A stretch of DNA of 64,000 nucleotides from Heteronotia binoei (GCF_032191835.1 NC_083225.1:40982001-41046000), one strand, 5' to 3'. Counted from the first letter of the stretch, positions 13,201 through 24,841 are shown. Notes: generated by a model not told the origin, from the letters alone. Numbers and translations are program-made.

Positions 13201-13784
13201 TAGTAAACGAAGTCACACAACAACTGGAAGGCCCTTGGAATGCCTTGCTACTTTCTTATTTGTGGCAGTATTGCAGTGGTGGGGAATCTTGCAAAATGGG
13301 GGAAGACAATCATCTCAACATGGGGATACATTGTGACTCCTATCCGTTATTCGAAGATTACTCCAGTGGCACATGTGCTTCTGGAGGAGTCTGTGTCTTA
13401 AGCCAAGTGCCATCAAGGCATATCTTAATTACTTTTTGTAAAATTCAAAATGCGATTTTATTTTAGAGAGCGTTAAAGAGACCATGCTAACGGCGTGCAG
13501 AAAAAGAGAGTTTAGATTGATTTGCTGATCCACAACAACAAAAACAAAGGAGCATTTTGCTGCACAAGAGCTGCTTGTTCAGTTGGATTTTTTTTCCCTG
13601 CCCAGGATATTCTTTCCTCTGTCCTCCCAGTGGGATTGGGGAAAATAGAAAGTGAGTTAAATTATAAGCTAATGATTGTGTACATAGTGTTAGTATGATA
13701 TTAATTTGGGTATCTGCCCAACTTGGGCTTGTTGGTCCATATTTTGTAATATGAATAAGTGATAAGCTGTGCTCATTAACACAC

Positions 13785-13950
13785 GTGAAGCTGCCTTATC
13801 TATGCTAGCTGGCAGCGACTCTCCTGGGTCTCAGGCAGAGGTCTTTCATATTGCTTCTTGACCTTTTTAACTGGAGTTGCCAGGGACTGAACCTGGGACC
13901 TTTTGCATGCAAAGCAGATGCTCTAACAGCAAACTATGGCCCCATCTCTG
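13785..13950 (-). mobile_element. tRNA-derived SINE (Squam2-like), degraded
   Basis: Reverse complement of the 32751-32959 family (gaacctgggaccttttgcatgcaaagcagatgctcta). Confidence 0.7.
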
Positions 13951-15264
13951 ACACATTAGTCCATCTGTTATTTATATCCTTTCCTTATTGTTAGGTGTGT
14001 TCAAATATGTGGACAGGCTGTTCTGCAAGGCCATTTATGATATAAAAATTACCCCAAAGTACCTACTGTACTGGTTAAAAAACAAGTTAATGTGGCATTT
14101 TGGTAACACAGGCCATTCTCTTAGCATATGTTGCCCTGCTGTGGGTGAAAAGGTGTATTTCAAATTTGTATCTCTTTTTTGATATCCAAATGTTTCTGTC
14201 TTGGTGGAGCATAATGATTAAAAGTACTATTTTCTTGGGTCTTAAATTTGGAGTTCAGATATAATGAACATGTAAAAAAGAGAGAGAGTGTGTGACAATT
14301 TCTGTTGTTTGGCTTCTCTTATGTAATCTGATCCCTAAGCCCTTTGTTCAGTGTTCTGGATACCAGAGGTGTGTGCCTGCTTGCCTTTGTCAGCACAGCT
14401 TTAATTGTCATTTTCTAGTCAAAGAAGAAGAGCTTGCTTGTTAATGAAATTAGAAACCTTTATTAGGTCGCATTCAGATAAACCAAATGAAAGTTTGATT
14501 TTTGTGGGTGCCCACTCTTGTATACGTGATGCTGAGTCCCTCTCCCCCCCCCCCCTTGCTGAAGTTGATGGCAATAGTTAATGTGTCCAATCTGGTTCTA
14601 TCAGTAGCTTGTCAGTCTAATGAATTGTGTGGTCTTTATTTAAAGTTATTAATTAACTTAGTAATTAAAAGAAGTCTTGCAGTGCTGCTCTTTGAGGAAA
14701 GGAGGAGTATAGCAGGACACTTTGATCTGTAATAGAAGGTATACTTTATTATTGAACAAATGGTTTTCCTACTGGGCTATTCCAGAACTGGCATTACTTG
14801 GCAAATTCCCTAAATATAAAACAATGAAACAAAAGCATTTGTTCATGTTGTTGTTAAGCGATTATGTTGCTGTTTGGCTGCCAAGCTTGGCAATTTTGCA
14901 ATCATTATTCTACTCTGGGCTCACTTCCTAGCAATCTGGTGGGTTTGGATGGTTTGGATTACAGAATCGGTGACAATATCCTTGACTGAATTTATTGTAA
15001 TGCATACAGAATTTGTTTTATTCTTGGATATTTGTTTGAATCTTAAAGTGCATATTGTAACAAATAATAGTTTGTGTTACGGTAATATTCCATTTCTATC
15101 CAAATTGAGAAAAATCCACAGCATTTGAAAAAAAAAATTACTTTGTATTAGGACCAGTTCCTACAAGATGAACTTGCGTTTCCACAGAAAAAAATTATGT
15201 GAACTCTTCCAAGGACGCTTATTACACGTTACTTATACAGAGACACAGGTTTGTTTTGTGAAGC

Positions 15265-15612
15265 GTCCTTTAGGATAAAAGGAAGTACTACTTCACCCAA
15301 AGGGTGATTAGCACATGGAGGTGGTGGTGGCTACAAACATAGACAGCTTCAAGAGGGGATTGGATAAACATATGGAGCAGAGGTCCATCAGTGGCTATTA
15401 GCCACAGCGTATTGATGGAACTCTGTCTGGGGCAGTGATGCTCTGTATTCTTGGTGCTTGTGGGGGGCAACAGTGGGATGGTTTCTAGTGTCCTGCCCCC
15501 ACTGATAAACCTCTTGATGGCACCTTGGGGTTTTTTTGTCACTGTGTGACATACGGTGTTGGACTGGATGGGCCATTAGCCTGATCCAACATGGCTTCTC
15601 TTATGTTCTTAT
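15265..15612 (+). mobile_element. CR1 LINE 3' end fragment
   Basis: Homologous to the 3' end of the CR1 at 56754-57000; ends in ttctcttatgttcttatg octamer tail. Confidence 0.88.
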
Positions 15613-16508
15613 GTCTCATTGAAATGTAATTTGAGAGACTTGTTAAGATGCGATTGTCTTTCAATAATCTTATAGCCAATATTATTCACTGCAAATGTTT
15701 TTCTGTATTTGCATAGGTTTTCTGCTCCTTTTTCCTTAGTAACCCTGAATCCATTGTGATTTTGATGAACCTTTCAGTCTTGCAACTTGTGTATGTTTCA
15801 GAAAGTACGCTGTTGAGATAGAATTGCCAAGTCCTGACTGGGAACTTTTGGAGGTTTGGCAATGGTTCCTGTGCACTGCAGAATATGGGGAGGGAAGGAA
15901 GTTGAGTGGGGATGTGGAGCAAATAGCATCTACCTTCTGAAGCTGTCATTTCCTCTAGGGGAACTAATATGTGCAGTCTGCGAATCAGTGATCATTCAAG
16001 GACAACTCCAGGCCCCACCTGGAGGATGGCAACTCTTTGTCCAGTTATTTTTTAAATGGAGGGTAGGATTAAAGGCAATTATTCTAAATGTTGAAAAATA
16101 GCTGTTTTTATAAATTTGTAGTGATGAGATCAAAGCAAAGTTTTGTCTTGAACAGAAACGTTAATTCCAGTGTAACAACCCGACTGTGTATGTGTCGAAC
16201 AACAGCATGTTGTTTTCTTCATAATTAAATGATTAATAGAAAAATGCAAGCTGGAAATAGTTGCCACTGAGCATATTAATTTTCACTGTTTTTTGTGCAT
16301 CGATTGAATAAAATGCAGCTATTGAACTGCTTCAGGACTGAAAGCAAAAATACTGTTGACTAATATCCCCCCCCCCCCGCAAACAATTCTTGTTACTCCA
16401 GACAGAATTATTAATTGTTGCCTTTGATCTTTATTTAGGGATAATCGCTGCAAAGGCAGAGCATAGCAAGAGGTGGGATAGAACAGGACCTATTATCTAT
16501 GTTTGCAA

Positions 16509-16792
16509 GAAAGGAAAGGTCCTTTGTGCAAGCACCAGTCGTTTCCGACTCTGGGGTGACGTTGCTTTCACATTTTCATGGCACTTTTTATGGGGTGGTT
16601 TGCCATTGCCTTCCCCAGTCTTTTACACTTCCCCCTCAGGAAGCTGGGTACTTATTTTACCGACCTCAGAAGGATGGAAGGCTGAGTCAACCTTGGGCAG
16701 GCTACCTGAATCCAGCTTCTGCCACAATTGAACCCAGGTCGTGAGCAGAGAATACTGCAGTACTGCTGCTTTACCACTCTGCGCCACGGGGC
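16509..16792 (-). mobile_element. Sauria SINE
   Basis: Head gccccgtggcgcagagtggtaaagc, conserved body and ACCTTT-type tail; homologous to 48678-48970. Confidence 0.92.
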
Positions 16793-16793
16793 C

Positions 16794-17112
16794 GCTATCA
16801 ACAGTAATATGGGGTGATGAGTTTCAGACTAGAAGGGTGAAGTGTTGGTGCAACAATCAGGCGGCGATTAGGGTGGTTAATAAGCAGACATCACACTCTG
16901 AGCGAGCGATGCGCCTCGTTCGTTGCCTGGTCTTGGTTTGGTTAACAGCCAACATAACATTTTCAGCCCGCCATGTTGCAGGTGCTGATAACAGCATTGC
17001 AGATGCCTTGTCTCGCCACCAAGAGGAGAGGTTCTGCAGACTGGCTCCAGAGGCCAATCACCACCCGGACCCATTCCCCGAGGAGCTCTGGGAACTTGAT
17101 AACAGTCAGTAA
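16794..17112 (+). pseudogene. DIRS/Ngaro RNase H domain (C-terminal part of RT/RH ORF)
   Basis: WGDEFQTRRVKCWCNNQAAIRVVNKQTS...FSARHVAGADNSIADALSR matches the DIRS RNase H pattern (xCDN...HVPGxxNxxADALSR). Confidence 0.85.
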
Positions 17113-17119
17113 TGCATGA

Positions 17120-17995
17120 GGTGTTATATTCCCTTGCTCCCTCAACTTTCTCATCCTATGCAGCAGCCACTTCAGCCTTCTTGGCCATTTCCAGGGATAC
17201 CGGGGGCCCAGATATGTGACCCGTATCATCAGATTTGGCGCTATGTTACATTGCTCATCTGCATGGGTGAGGCTTTGCTGCAAGAACTATCAAAGTACAC
17301 ATGGCAGCCATTTCATTCTACAGTAAAGCTATGGGGTTTTCCGACCCATGCAATACATTCCAGGCCCACAAGGCAGTTGAAGGATGGCAGAAGCTCTGCC
17401 CAAGGGCACCAGACCCCCGTAGGCCTCTGACATTTGAGATCTTGTAAAAAATGATTACAAAATTAACATCCATTTGCCGTTCATCTTATGAGACAGTCTT
17501 GTTTGAAGCTGCCTTCACGTTGGCATTTTTTGGAGCCCTGTGGATGGGGGAACTTGTGGCAGGCTCCAGGACGGACATCAGCAATGCCCCTTTGGGGTTT
17601 GGTGACCTCATTGTTAGTAAGTCGAGCTTCACACTGTCCATTAAGAGGTCTAAGGTCGGGGGGACACACTTCACATTGGCCAAGCTTCCAGGAGGTGGTC
17701 CATGCCCAATGCAAGCTGCTTAGGCCTTTTTAGCTATGCAGCCACATAAATCAGGCCCCTTATTCATCCATAGGGATGGCTCCTTCCTCATGCGGTACCA
17801 ATTTGCAGCGATTCTGCCACTGTGGCCTTTTTAGGCCTCCTCCCAGGTGACTTTGGCCCTCACTCATTTTGGATTGGGGCAGCAACAACTGCTTCTAGTT
17901 TAGGTATGGGACCCAAAGCTATCCAGGCAGTTGGCAGGTGGTGTTCTGAAGCCTACAAAACTTACATCAGGCTGCATCTGGTACCAACCATGTAA
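17120..17995 (+). pseudogene. Tyrosine recombinase ORF, disrupted by stops and a frameshift
   Basis: SLAPST...EGW...RRPLTFEIL...LAFFGALWMGEL...CPMQA...LFIHRDG...GPHSFWIGAAT...GRWCSEAYKTYIR; box I and II motifs and the catalytic Tyr are recognisable. Confidence 0.88.
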
Positions 17996-18039
17996 TGTTA
18001 CACTTGACATTGACTTGTTTGCCATTGGCTTCTTCAGTT

Positions 18040-18618
18040 TCAGGGGGAAGGTGCCGGTTAGCATGGATTTGTGGACATAGCATTGTACATTGGGCTAGTG
18101 TATATGCAGCCACATCCGGTTGGGGAAGGGACCTTGGCCTCCAGGATAAGGTCAGAATCACTTGGTTGGGTAAGCGAGGGATGAAGTGGGATGACTTCTT
18201 TCTCATGGTACACTCTCATTTGATCAACCGAGGCCCCCTGATGCTTTGGTGATACACCTTGGAGAGAATGACTTGGGGGCTCTTGCTGTCTTGGAATTGG
18301 TGCACCAGGGCCATGGGGGATTTGCACACATTGCAGGAGGTTCTGCCAGCTGCAACGTTTTTCTGGTTGAACTGATTGCAGCGTTGAATCTGGCATGGGG
18401 CACGTTCTGTGGACAAGGTGGAAGTGGCAAGGCGAAAGGGAACCAAGCGGCTGGGGAGGATCGTGGAGGCTATGGAGGGTCACTGGATTCGACATCCTGA
18501 TATTTCAACAAGCTTGGAGGCCCTGTATCATCCTGATGGGGTTCATCTATTGGAATGGGGTATGGATATCTGGCTACATAGCATCAGATACATCCTAGAT
18601 AACTGGCTACAGCTGTAG
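18040..18618 (+). pseudogene. SGNH/GDSL-type hydrolase ORF of the Ngaro element, frameshifted
   Basis: Four SGNH blocks in order across three frames: WICGHS, GKRGMKW, IHLGENDL, DGVHL. Confidence 0.8.
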
Positions 18619-18658
18619 AGCTTTGGCGGGAGTTGGGTATTGTTGGGCCCGGCTCTTG

Positions 18659-20285
18659 TGGCAGTATCAGCATGGGGCTGGATCCATTCTCAGGAAAGCA
18701 GCCTGCGTGCTCATTTCCTGAGTTTGAGGATCCTAGTAGATGACCTTCAACGGCATCTGGATCGGGGTGGCTCGGCGGTGCTGATGTTGTTAGACCTGTC
18801 GGCTGCGTTCGACACGGTCGACCATTGGCTACTGATGTGCCACCTCGCCGACGCGGGGATTCAGGGGTTGGCCTTACAGTGGCTTTCCTCTTTCCTGGAA
18901 GGTCGGGGACAAAGGGTCGAAATTGGGGGGGAGCTATCCCGGAGGTGCACACTCGACTGTGGGGTGCCCCAAGGGGCGGTTCTCTCCCCGATGTTATTTA
19001 ACATCTATATGCGGCCTCTTGCCCGGATTACCTGAAGGTATGGGCTGGGGTGTCACCAGTACGCCGATGACACCCAGTGCTATTTACTGATGGACGGCCA
19101 GCCGGTCTGCGCCCCGGAAAATCTTGATCGGGCACTACAGTCCGTGGCTGAGTGGCTCAGACTGATTGGACTGAGACTAAATCCTGCAAAGACAGAGGTC
19201 CTTTGCTTGGGTCGCTGGGGGCCGGGAGGGGGAATCCCCCTACCAGTTTTTGACGGTGCGCCGCTGACGGCGGTGGACAGGGTCAAGAGCTTGGGGGTAC
19301 TATTGGAGCCTTCTCTAAAGATGGAGGCTCAGATAGCAGCCGCTGCCAAGTCCGCGTTCTTTCACCTTAGGCGGGCAAGGCAGTTGGCCCCCTTCCTGGA
19401 GCGTGATGACCAAGCAACAGTGATCCATGCTACGGTCACCTCGAGGTTAGACTACTGCAATGCCCTCTACATGGGGCTGCCCTTGTCCCGAACTCGGAAA
19501 TTGCAGCTGGTGCAGAATGCCGCGGCCCGGCTGTTACTGGGTCTTCCAAAATGGGGACACATTCGGCCGGGTCTTCGGACCCTGCACTGGCTTCCAGTTA
19601 TATACTGAGTTCGGTACAAGGTGCTGGTTATTACCTTTAAAGCCCTATATGGCCTGGGACCTGCCTACCTGAAGGACCATCTCTCCCCACATGTTCCCCA
19701 GAGAGTGCTGAGGTTGGGAACTCAAAATCTTCTCACTATCCCTGGGCCAAAAGAAGCCCGCTTAAAATCCACCAGAGATAGGGCTTTCTCTGTTATGGCC
19801 CCTACATGGTGGAATCAGCTGCCGGAGGAGGTGAGGGCCCTGCGGGACCTTGTTCAGTTCCGCAGGGCCTGTAAGACGACCCTCTTCCGGCTAGCTTACA
19901 CCTAGCTAAGATGAGAAACTCAATGTAGCTTGCCAGACTCCTGTTTTATATATATATTTTTGGAATGTTTACTGGTTTTTAAGGTTTTAACTGTTTTAAA
20001 TGTTTAACTGTTTATATATTTAAATATTGTCTAATCTTATGTTTGACTAATTGTTGGGAGCCGCCCTGAGCCACTTGTAGGAAGGGCGGGATATAAATCT
20101 TAAATAAATAAATAAATAAATCCCAATAAAGGATCTTGGCGTGAGGGGCAGCCGAGGTGCCCAGCCCGGGGGCATGTCTGGGGATCACCCTCATGCTCAG
20201 CTAGCAGGGGAGACCATTTCTGGGCTTCCACCCTAGTGGAATCCAAAACCTGCCACCCCAAGGCTACCAGTGGATCATCGACTGG
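18659..20285 (+). repeat. Ngaro split direct repeat B1 (18659-18733 + 20122-20285), split by an L2 insertion
   Basis: The two halves joined align end to end with 20846-21082. Confidence 0.88.
18734..20121 (+). mobile_element. 5'-truncated L2 LINE (RT C-terminal half, 3' UTR, (TAAA)n tail)
   Basis: LLDLSAAFDTVDH, GVPQGAVLSP, YADD, SRLDYCNAL motifs. ORFs 18640/19090/19621 share one frame, broken by only two TGA stops. Confidence 0.93.
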
Positions 20286-20845
20286 GAGGAAGTGCAGTCG
20301 ATTGACAGGATCCTTACCCCATGCTGTGCCAAGGCTTCTTACAGTTGTAACAAATAAAAGTTGTGGCCAATTTTATTCCACTTTTCTAAAAAATGCTGTG
20401 TTCTGTGTGTTATTTCAACTCAGTTGTGTATATTAAACTAGAATATATAGTCACAGAGGACTTGGTTCAGGGTGCCCACCTCTGCCCCTCCCTTTGGTGC
20501 TGGAGCTGCAAGCCAGAATCCGGACTTATCTGGTCCATTGTTTGCAGCGCCGCAGGGAGGGGTGAAGAGGGAGGGCAGCCATTGCTGCTTCCCTACAGGG
20601 GAAGTGGAGGGGGCAGGCCAGGGGCCCAGCGTGGGAAGCTGGGTGCCCACCCAGCCCCTCTCAGACCTATGCAATCTCTTTGGGGGAGGGCAGAGGGCGG
20701 GGTGCCTGCAATTATTTAGGTGGCCGAGCCGCTCCTGCTCTCCCTCTTTGGACGCCTGGTCACTTGGCCTGCCTGCCCAGCCCTTTATTTAAGTGTTTTA
20801 AGGTTGCATTCAGTTATGTTTTGTATGTTCCTTCTTGTCACAACT

Positions 20846-21082
20846 TGGCGGTATCAGCATGGGACTGGATCCATTCTCAAGAAAGCAGTCTGCGTGCTCA
20901 TTTCCTAAGTGTGGGGATTCCAATAAGGGATCTTGGCGTGAGGGGCAACTGAGGTGCCCAGCCTGGGGGCATGTCCGGGGATCACCCTCACACTCAGGTG
21001 GCAGGGGAGACCACCTCTGGGCTTCCGCCCTAGTGGGATCCAAAACCTGCCACCCCAAGGCTACTAGTAGATCATCGACTGG
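20846..21082 (+). repeat. Ngaro split direct repeat B2 (3' terminus); putative A2 occupies 20286-20845
   Basis: Direct copy of reconstructed B1 from tggcggtatcagcatgg to atcatcgactgg. A2 holds AATAAA in aataaaagttgtggcc. Confidence 0.85.
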
Positions 21083-21852
21083 CAGTAATGTTTGCAGAGA
21101 TAGTCCCAAATATACCCTTTTATTAGAGGCAATAACCAGGCCAATTAGTAAAATAAAATTAGTTTTATTTATTAAAAAAATGATAAAATTTAAATATATA
21201 TGTTAAATGTATGAAATGTAATAATTAAAACCTAAATTAAGAAAATTCGAAATAACAAGCAGCCTTAGAACGCAGTGTCCAGCGTCATCTCAACAATTAG
21301 TTGTTCAGTTGTTCCCAGGCCTTACAGAATAAAAAGTTCCTGAATCCTCAAGGCAGGTGTTCTCTGGATGAGGATGATAAAATCATACTTAGCATAATGT
21401 AGCACTTTCAGCATTCAAAATTCTTCCTTTGTTGTCGTTCGTCCAACAGTTCTGTAAGTTAGGTGGTAGTCTAAAGTTAAGAGTGCATTGAAGTTGAGAA
21501 TGTGGCTTGCTCTGGGGTCGTTTTGCAGAAAAATAGGTGGTGGAGCTCATCCAGGGATTGTTATGCAGCTGCAATACTATTCAATTGACAAGGAGGTGGA
21601 ACTCTCTGAAGAAGGAAGTGGAACTCTCAAAAAGGTTCAGGAGCTGTGCTCCTGTGAGCTCCCACTGAATCTGAGGCCTTGCTCAAGATCACATAGTTAA
21701 GTCTTGTCTTATGCTTCCAAGTTATCTCTTGGATTACAGTTTATTCATTGTAGTCACTATGTTATACCAGTTAGAAATTTCAAGCTAGAACAACAGCTCC
21801 TGTGTAGGATCTGGGGTATTATATCCTGTCAATAGGTTTACCTCAACCGAAA

Positions 21853-21950
21853 GCCTGGCGAAATAGCTTCGTCTTGCAGGCCCTACAGAATGGTACTAAA
21901 TCCGGTAGGGCCCGGATCTCCATGGGGAGCTGATTCCACCAGATCGGGGC
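21853..21950 (-). mobile_element. L2 LINE 3' fragment
   Basis: The minus strand encodes WWNQLPMEIRALPDLVPFCRACKTKLFRQA. Confidence 0.8.
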
Positions 21951-22289
21951 ATGTTAGTTTTGTAGACATGTTATGGACATGTTAGATTTACAGCCAACAA
22001 ATGGAGAATCCTAAATTGTGTTTAGTGCCTGGTGAGAGGAGAAAGTGCATGATTTTTAACAACTTTTCTGTTAGATTTTGGTTTCACAAACATTAAAAAA
22101 TTCCAAAACGAATGCAATCCAAAAGTAAAAATGAAAGCCTACTGAACAAAGTCAAATCTCTTGGGATTCTGTGGGGGCTGACAAGAAGAAGCCCAATAGA
22201 AAGCACATTAGGAGATCAAGATGGTGCAGAATCCGGAAGATGCTTCTGTGTGGAGACCATAAATGAGAATATTGGAAATCTATGGAGAT

Positions 22290-22650
22290 AGATCAAGATA
22301 GATAGCTGTGTGTCTGTAGCAGTAGAAAAGAACAAGAGTCCAGTAGCACTTTAAATACTAACAAAATTTGTGACAGGATATGAGCTTTCATGAGTCACTG
22401 CTCACTTCTTCAGATACATCTGTCCTATATATTGGAAAATGGAGTGCTTTCAGTTGCCAAATGACATTAACAGGTAAATGACAATAGCAGGTGAATGACA
22501 TTAACAGATTTGATTGGATTAAATGTGATGTGCAGAAGGATAGTAGGCGTGGAGAAATTGGTAATGAGAGAGTAAACCAAGGTCTTGATTAAGTCCAGTT
22601 GGATGCATTGTCTTGAGCTTCATTATCAGTTGCAATTCAGCAGTCTATCG
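22290..22650 (-). mobile_element. Penelope-like element 3' fragment (GIY-YIG C-terminus plus terminal repeat)
   Basis: The minus strand encodes TAELQLIMKLKTMHPTGLNQDLGLLSHY, followed by the terminal-repeat sequence seen in other fragments. Confidence 0.78.
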
Positions 22651-24352
22651 ATGTTGCCATTCCCCCTCCGCTTGTGAACTCTGAGGCATTGTTCTGTTTG
22701 CTGTTGGGAGACCAGAAAGCTGCTTTCGATGGACAAAAGGTATAACACAGCGTGGCAGGTCTTATGTCCTTAAATAGCAGCTTTCTTGGCAGCCACGTAA
22801 AACTTAATTATGTGGTTTACAAGAGAAGTGTCATTGGATCTGAACCTCCACTTCAATCAGCATCCAACAGTTTTCTTATGCTTTTCAGGTTAACCTTGAG
22901 TCGACAGTTAAAAAGCTGCTGTGTAGCACTTCTATTACAAGTTCTTTGATATAATGCTGAATTGTGGCTTTCAGTACGCACAGGGTTAAGTGAAAAGGTT
23001 ATAGTAATCTAGTGAGCATTTTCCCTTTTTTAATGTGCTCATTAACAGTGGCAAGTCCAGGTTTTAGCCCATGTCAGTAATTTACATTTCATTGCTAAGT
23101 GACTGCTCCTGTTCAAGGGCCCTTTCTAAGGCTGTTGAACATACTTGTATTGGAAATAAACAGAGTAGAAGAATTGAAAGCCAAGTACCCTGCCAGGCTT
23201 TTCAGTCGGTTCTGAAGTTTCCAGTAGATCACTGATTAGCAATGCATGGAACAGTATGGAAATAAGAAAAGATAAGACATATAAAATTATCACAGGTGGG
23301 CAATCCTGCTTTAAATCTCTGGATTTTTTTGCTTCCTTTACTGTCGTCCTCCCTATATTTATCCTGCTGGGTTTTCTTAATATGAATGCACCATATTACA
23401 GACAAAGCAAGCAAACAATGTTCGGAGTACAAGGCTCCTTGGTCTCTTTCTCCCATCTGAACTATTAAGCAAAGTCTGATTGTTATGAGGACTGAAGAAA
23501 CAAAGAGCTTGATAGCCTTGCAGCTTCCTGGGATCAAGTTATAAAGCATGGAGATCATGTGAATTCTTGCTCTGGGACTCATTTCCCTCTCCGCTTCCTG
23601 ATTCGTACCAGCTTGTTGTCGCATCCTTAATTTGAAGACACACACCATGTAAAAGAAAAATTGCATGAGTGTAGGAGAATGTAATGACAGAAAGGAATAG
23701 GAATGACTATCAGTGTACACCAGTTGCTGATCTTCATGTAGACATTGCCATCTATGGCAAACGTTTGCATATTTTCATTGCATTAAAAGATGCTGCCATT
23801 CTGAGTAACACAGGGAATTCCCTATATTTTACGACAGGGTAAATCAGCATGCAAAAGGATCGAAAACATTTAGAATTTATTTTTTCGTACATATGTCTGT
23901 ATTGGAAGGAAGAATATGCATCTTTCATCTTGTTTGCAGATATTAGTACAATATACTTTAGTTTCCATTTTTTGCAGTAGAGTACCAGATCTTTATTGTA
24001 GAAAACAGTAGCTCATGGAACATACTCAACAAGAGAACAATAACGTTTAAGGATTAGTTTGAGCTAATCTGATCCAAAGAGGAGAAAGTAAAAAGCTTGC
24101 AGTTTAAATACAGTGGCTGGTGAAGTCAATTACTTCCTTTTCAAAATTCACTGCAGTTTGCAGTGAAATGGGCAAAACAACAAACTGTGGTTTGTTCTCT
24201 TGCTTATTTAAAGTCCTGGTTTGTTGGCAGAAAAACAAATGGCAGTGTGAACCTGAGGAATTCATGGCTCATCTTTGTCACAAAGGCTTGCTCATGCTGT
24301 CTGAGTATAATGATGCCTCCTTTGCTCATTAATCCAGAGATATATAACTATA

Positions 24353-24542
24353 CAGGGCTTTTTTTGTAGCAGAAACTCCTTTGCATATTTGGCCACACCC
24401 CCCTGATGTAGCCAATCCTCCAGGAGCTTACAGGGCTCTTAGTAGAGGGCCTACTGTAAACTCCAGGAGGATTGGCTACATCGGGGGGGGGGGGGGATGT
24501 GGCCTAATATACAAAGGAGTTCCTGCTACAAAAAAAGCCCTG
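24353..24542. mobile_element. Palindromic hAT-type MITE (TIR CAGGGCTTTTTT)
   Basis: 190-bp hairpin; perfect TSD TAACTATA (24345-24352, 24543-24550). Confidence 0.92.
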
Positions 24543-24841
24543 TAACTATATCAGTTGTAAGTTTCTTCACTAAATATACACATTCTCTTCAGAAAAAACT
24601 TTTTTCTACTTGTGAATGCTCCCCATAGTGAAATCTGTTTTTAGCTTGTTGAGATTCAAAAAGACACTATCTATTAAAATGGCAGTCATCAGATGAACAG
24701 GGAACTGAATATAATATTGTATTTGAAATTCATATATCACAGACATTTGTGGAGTAATGTTGTTAGCTTCCTATGTAGTAATTTGCAGTTTCTATTAGTT
24801 CCAACGTCCAGTCTTTCTGAGATTCCACTGCTTACTTTCTT

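Larger units (their letters stand above)
16793..21082 (+). mobile_element. 5'-truncated Ngaro-type (DIRS order) tyrosine-recombinase retrotransposon
   Basis: Order is RNase H, tyrosine recombinase, SGNH hydrolase, then B1-A2-B2 split direct repeats. gag and RT are missing. Confidence 0.85.
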
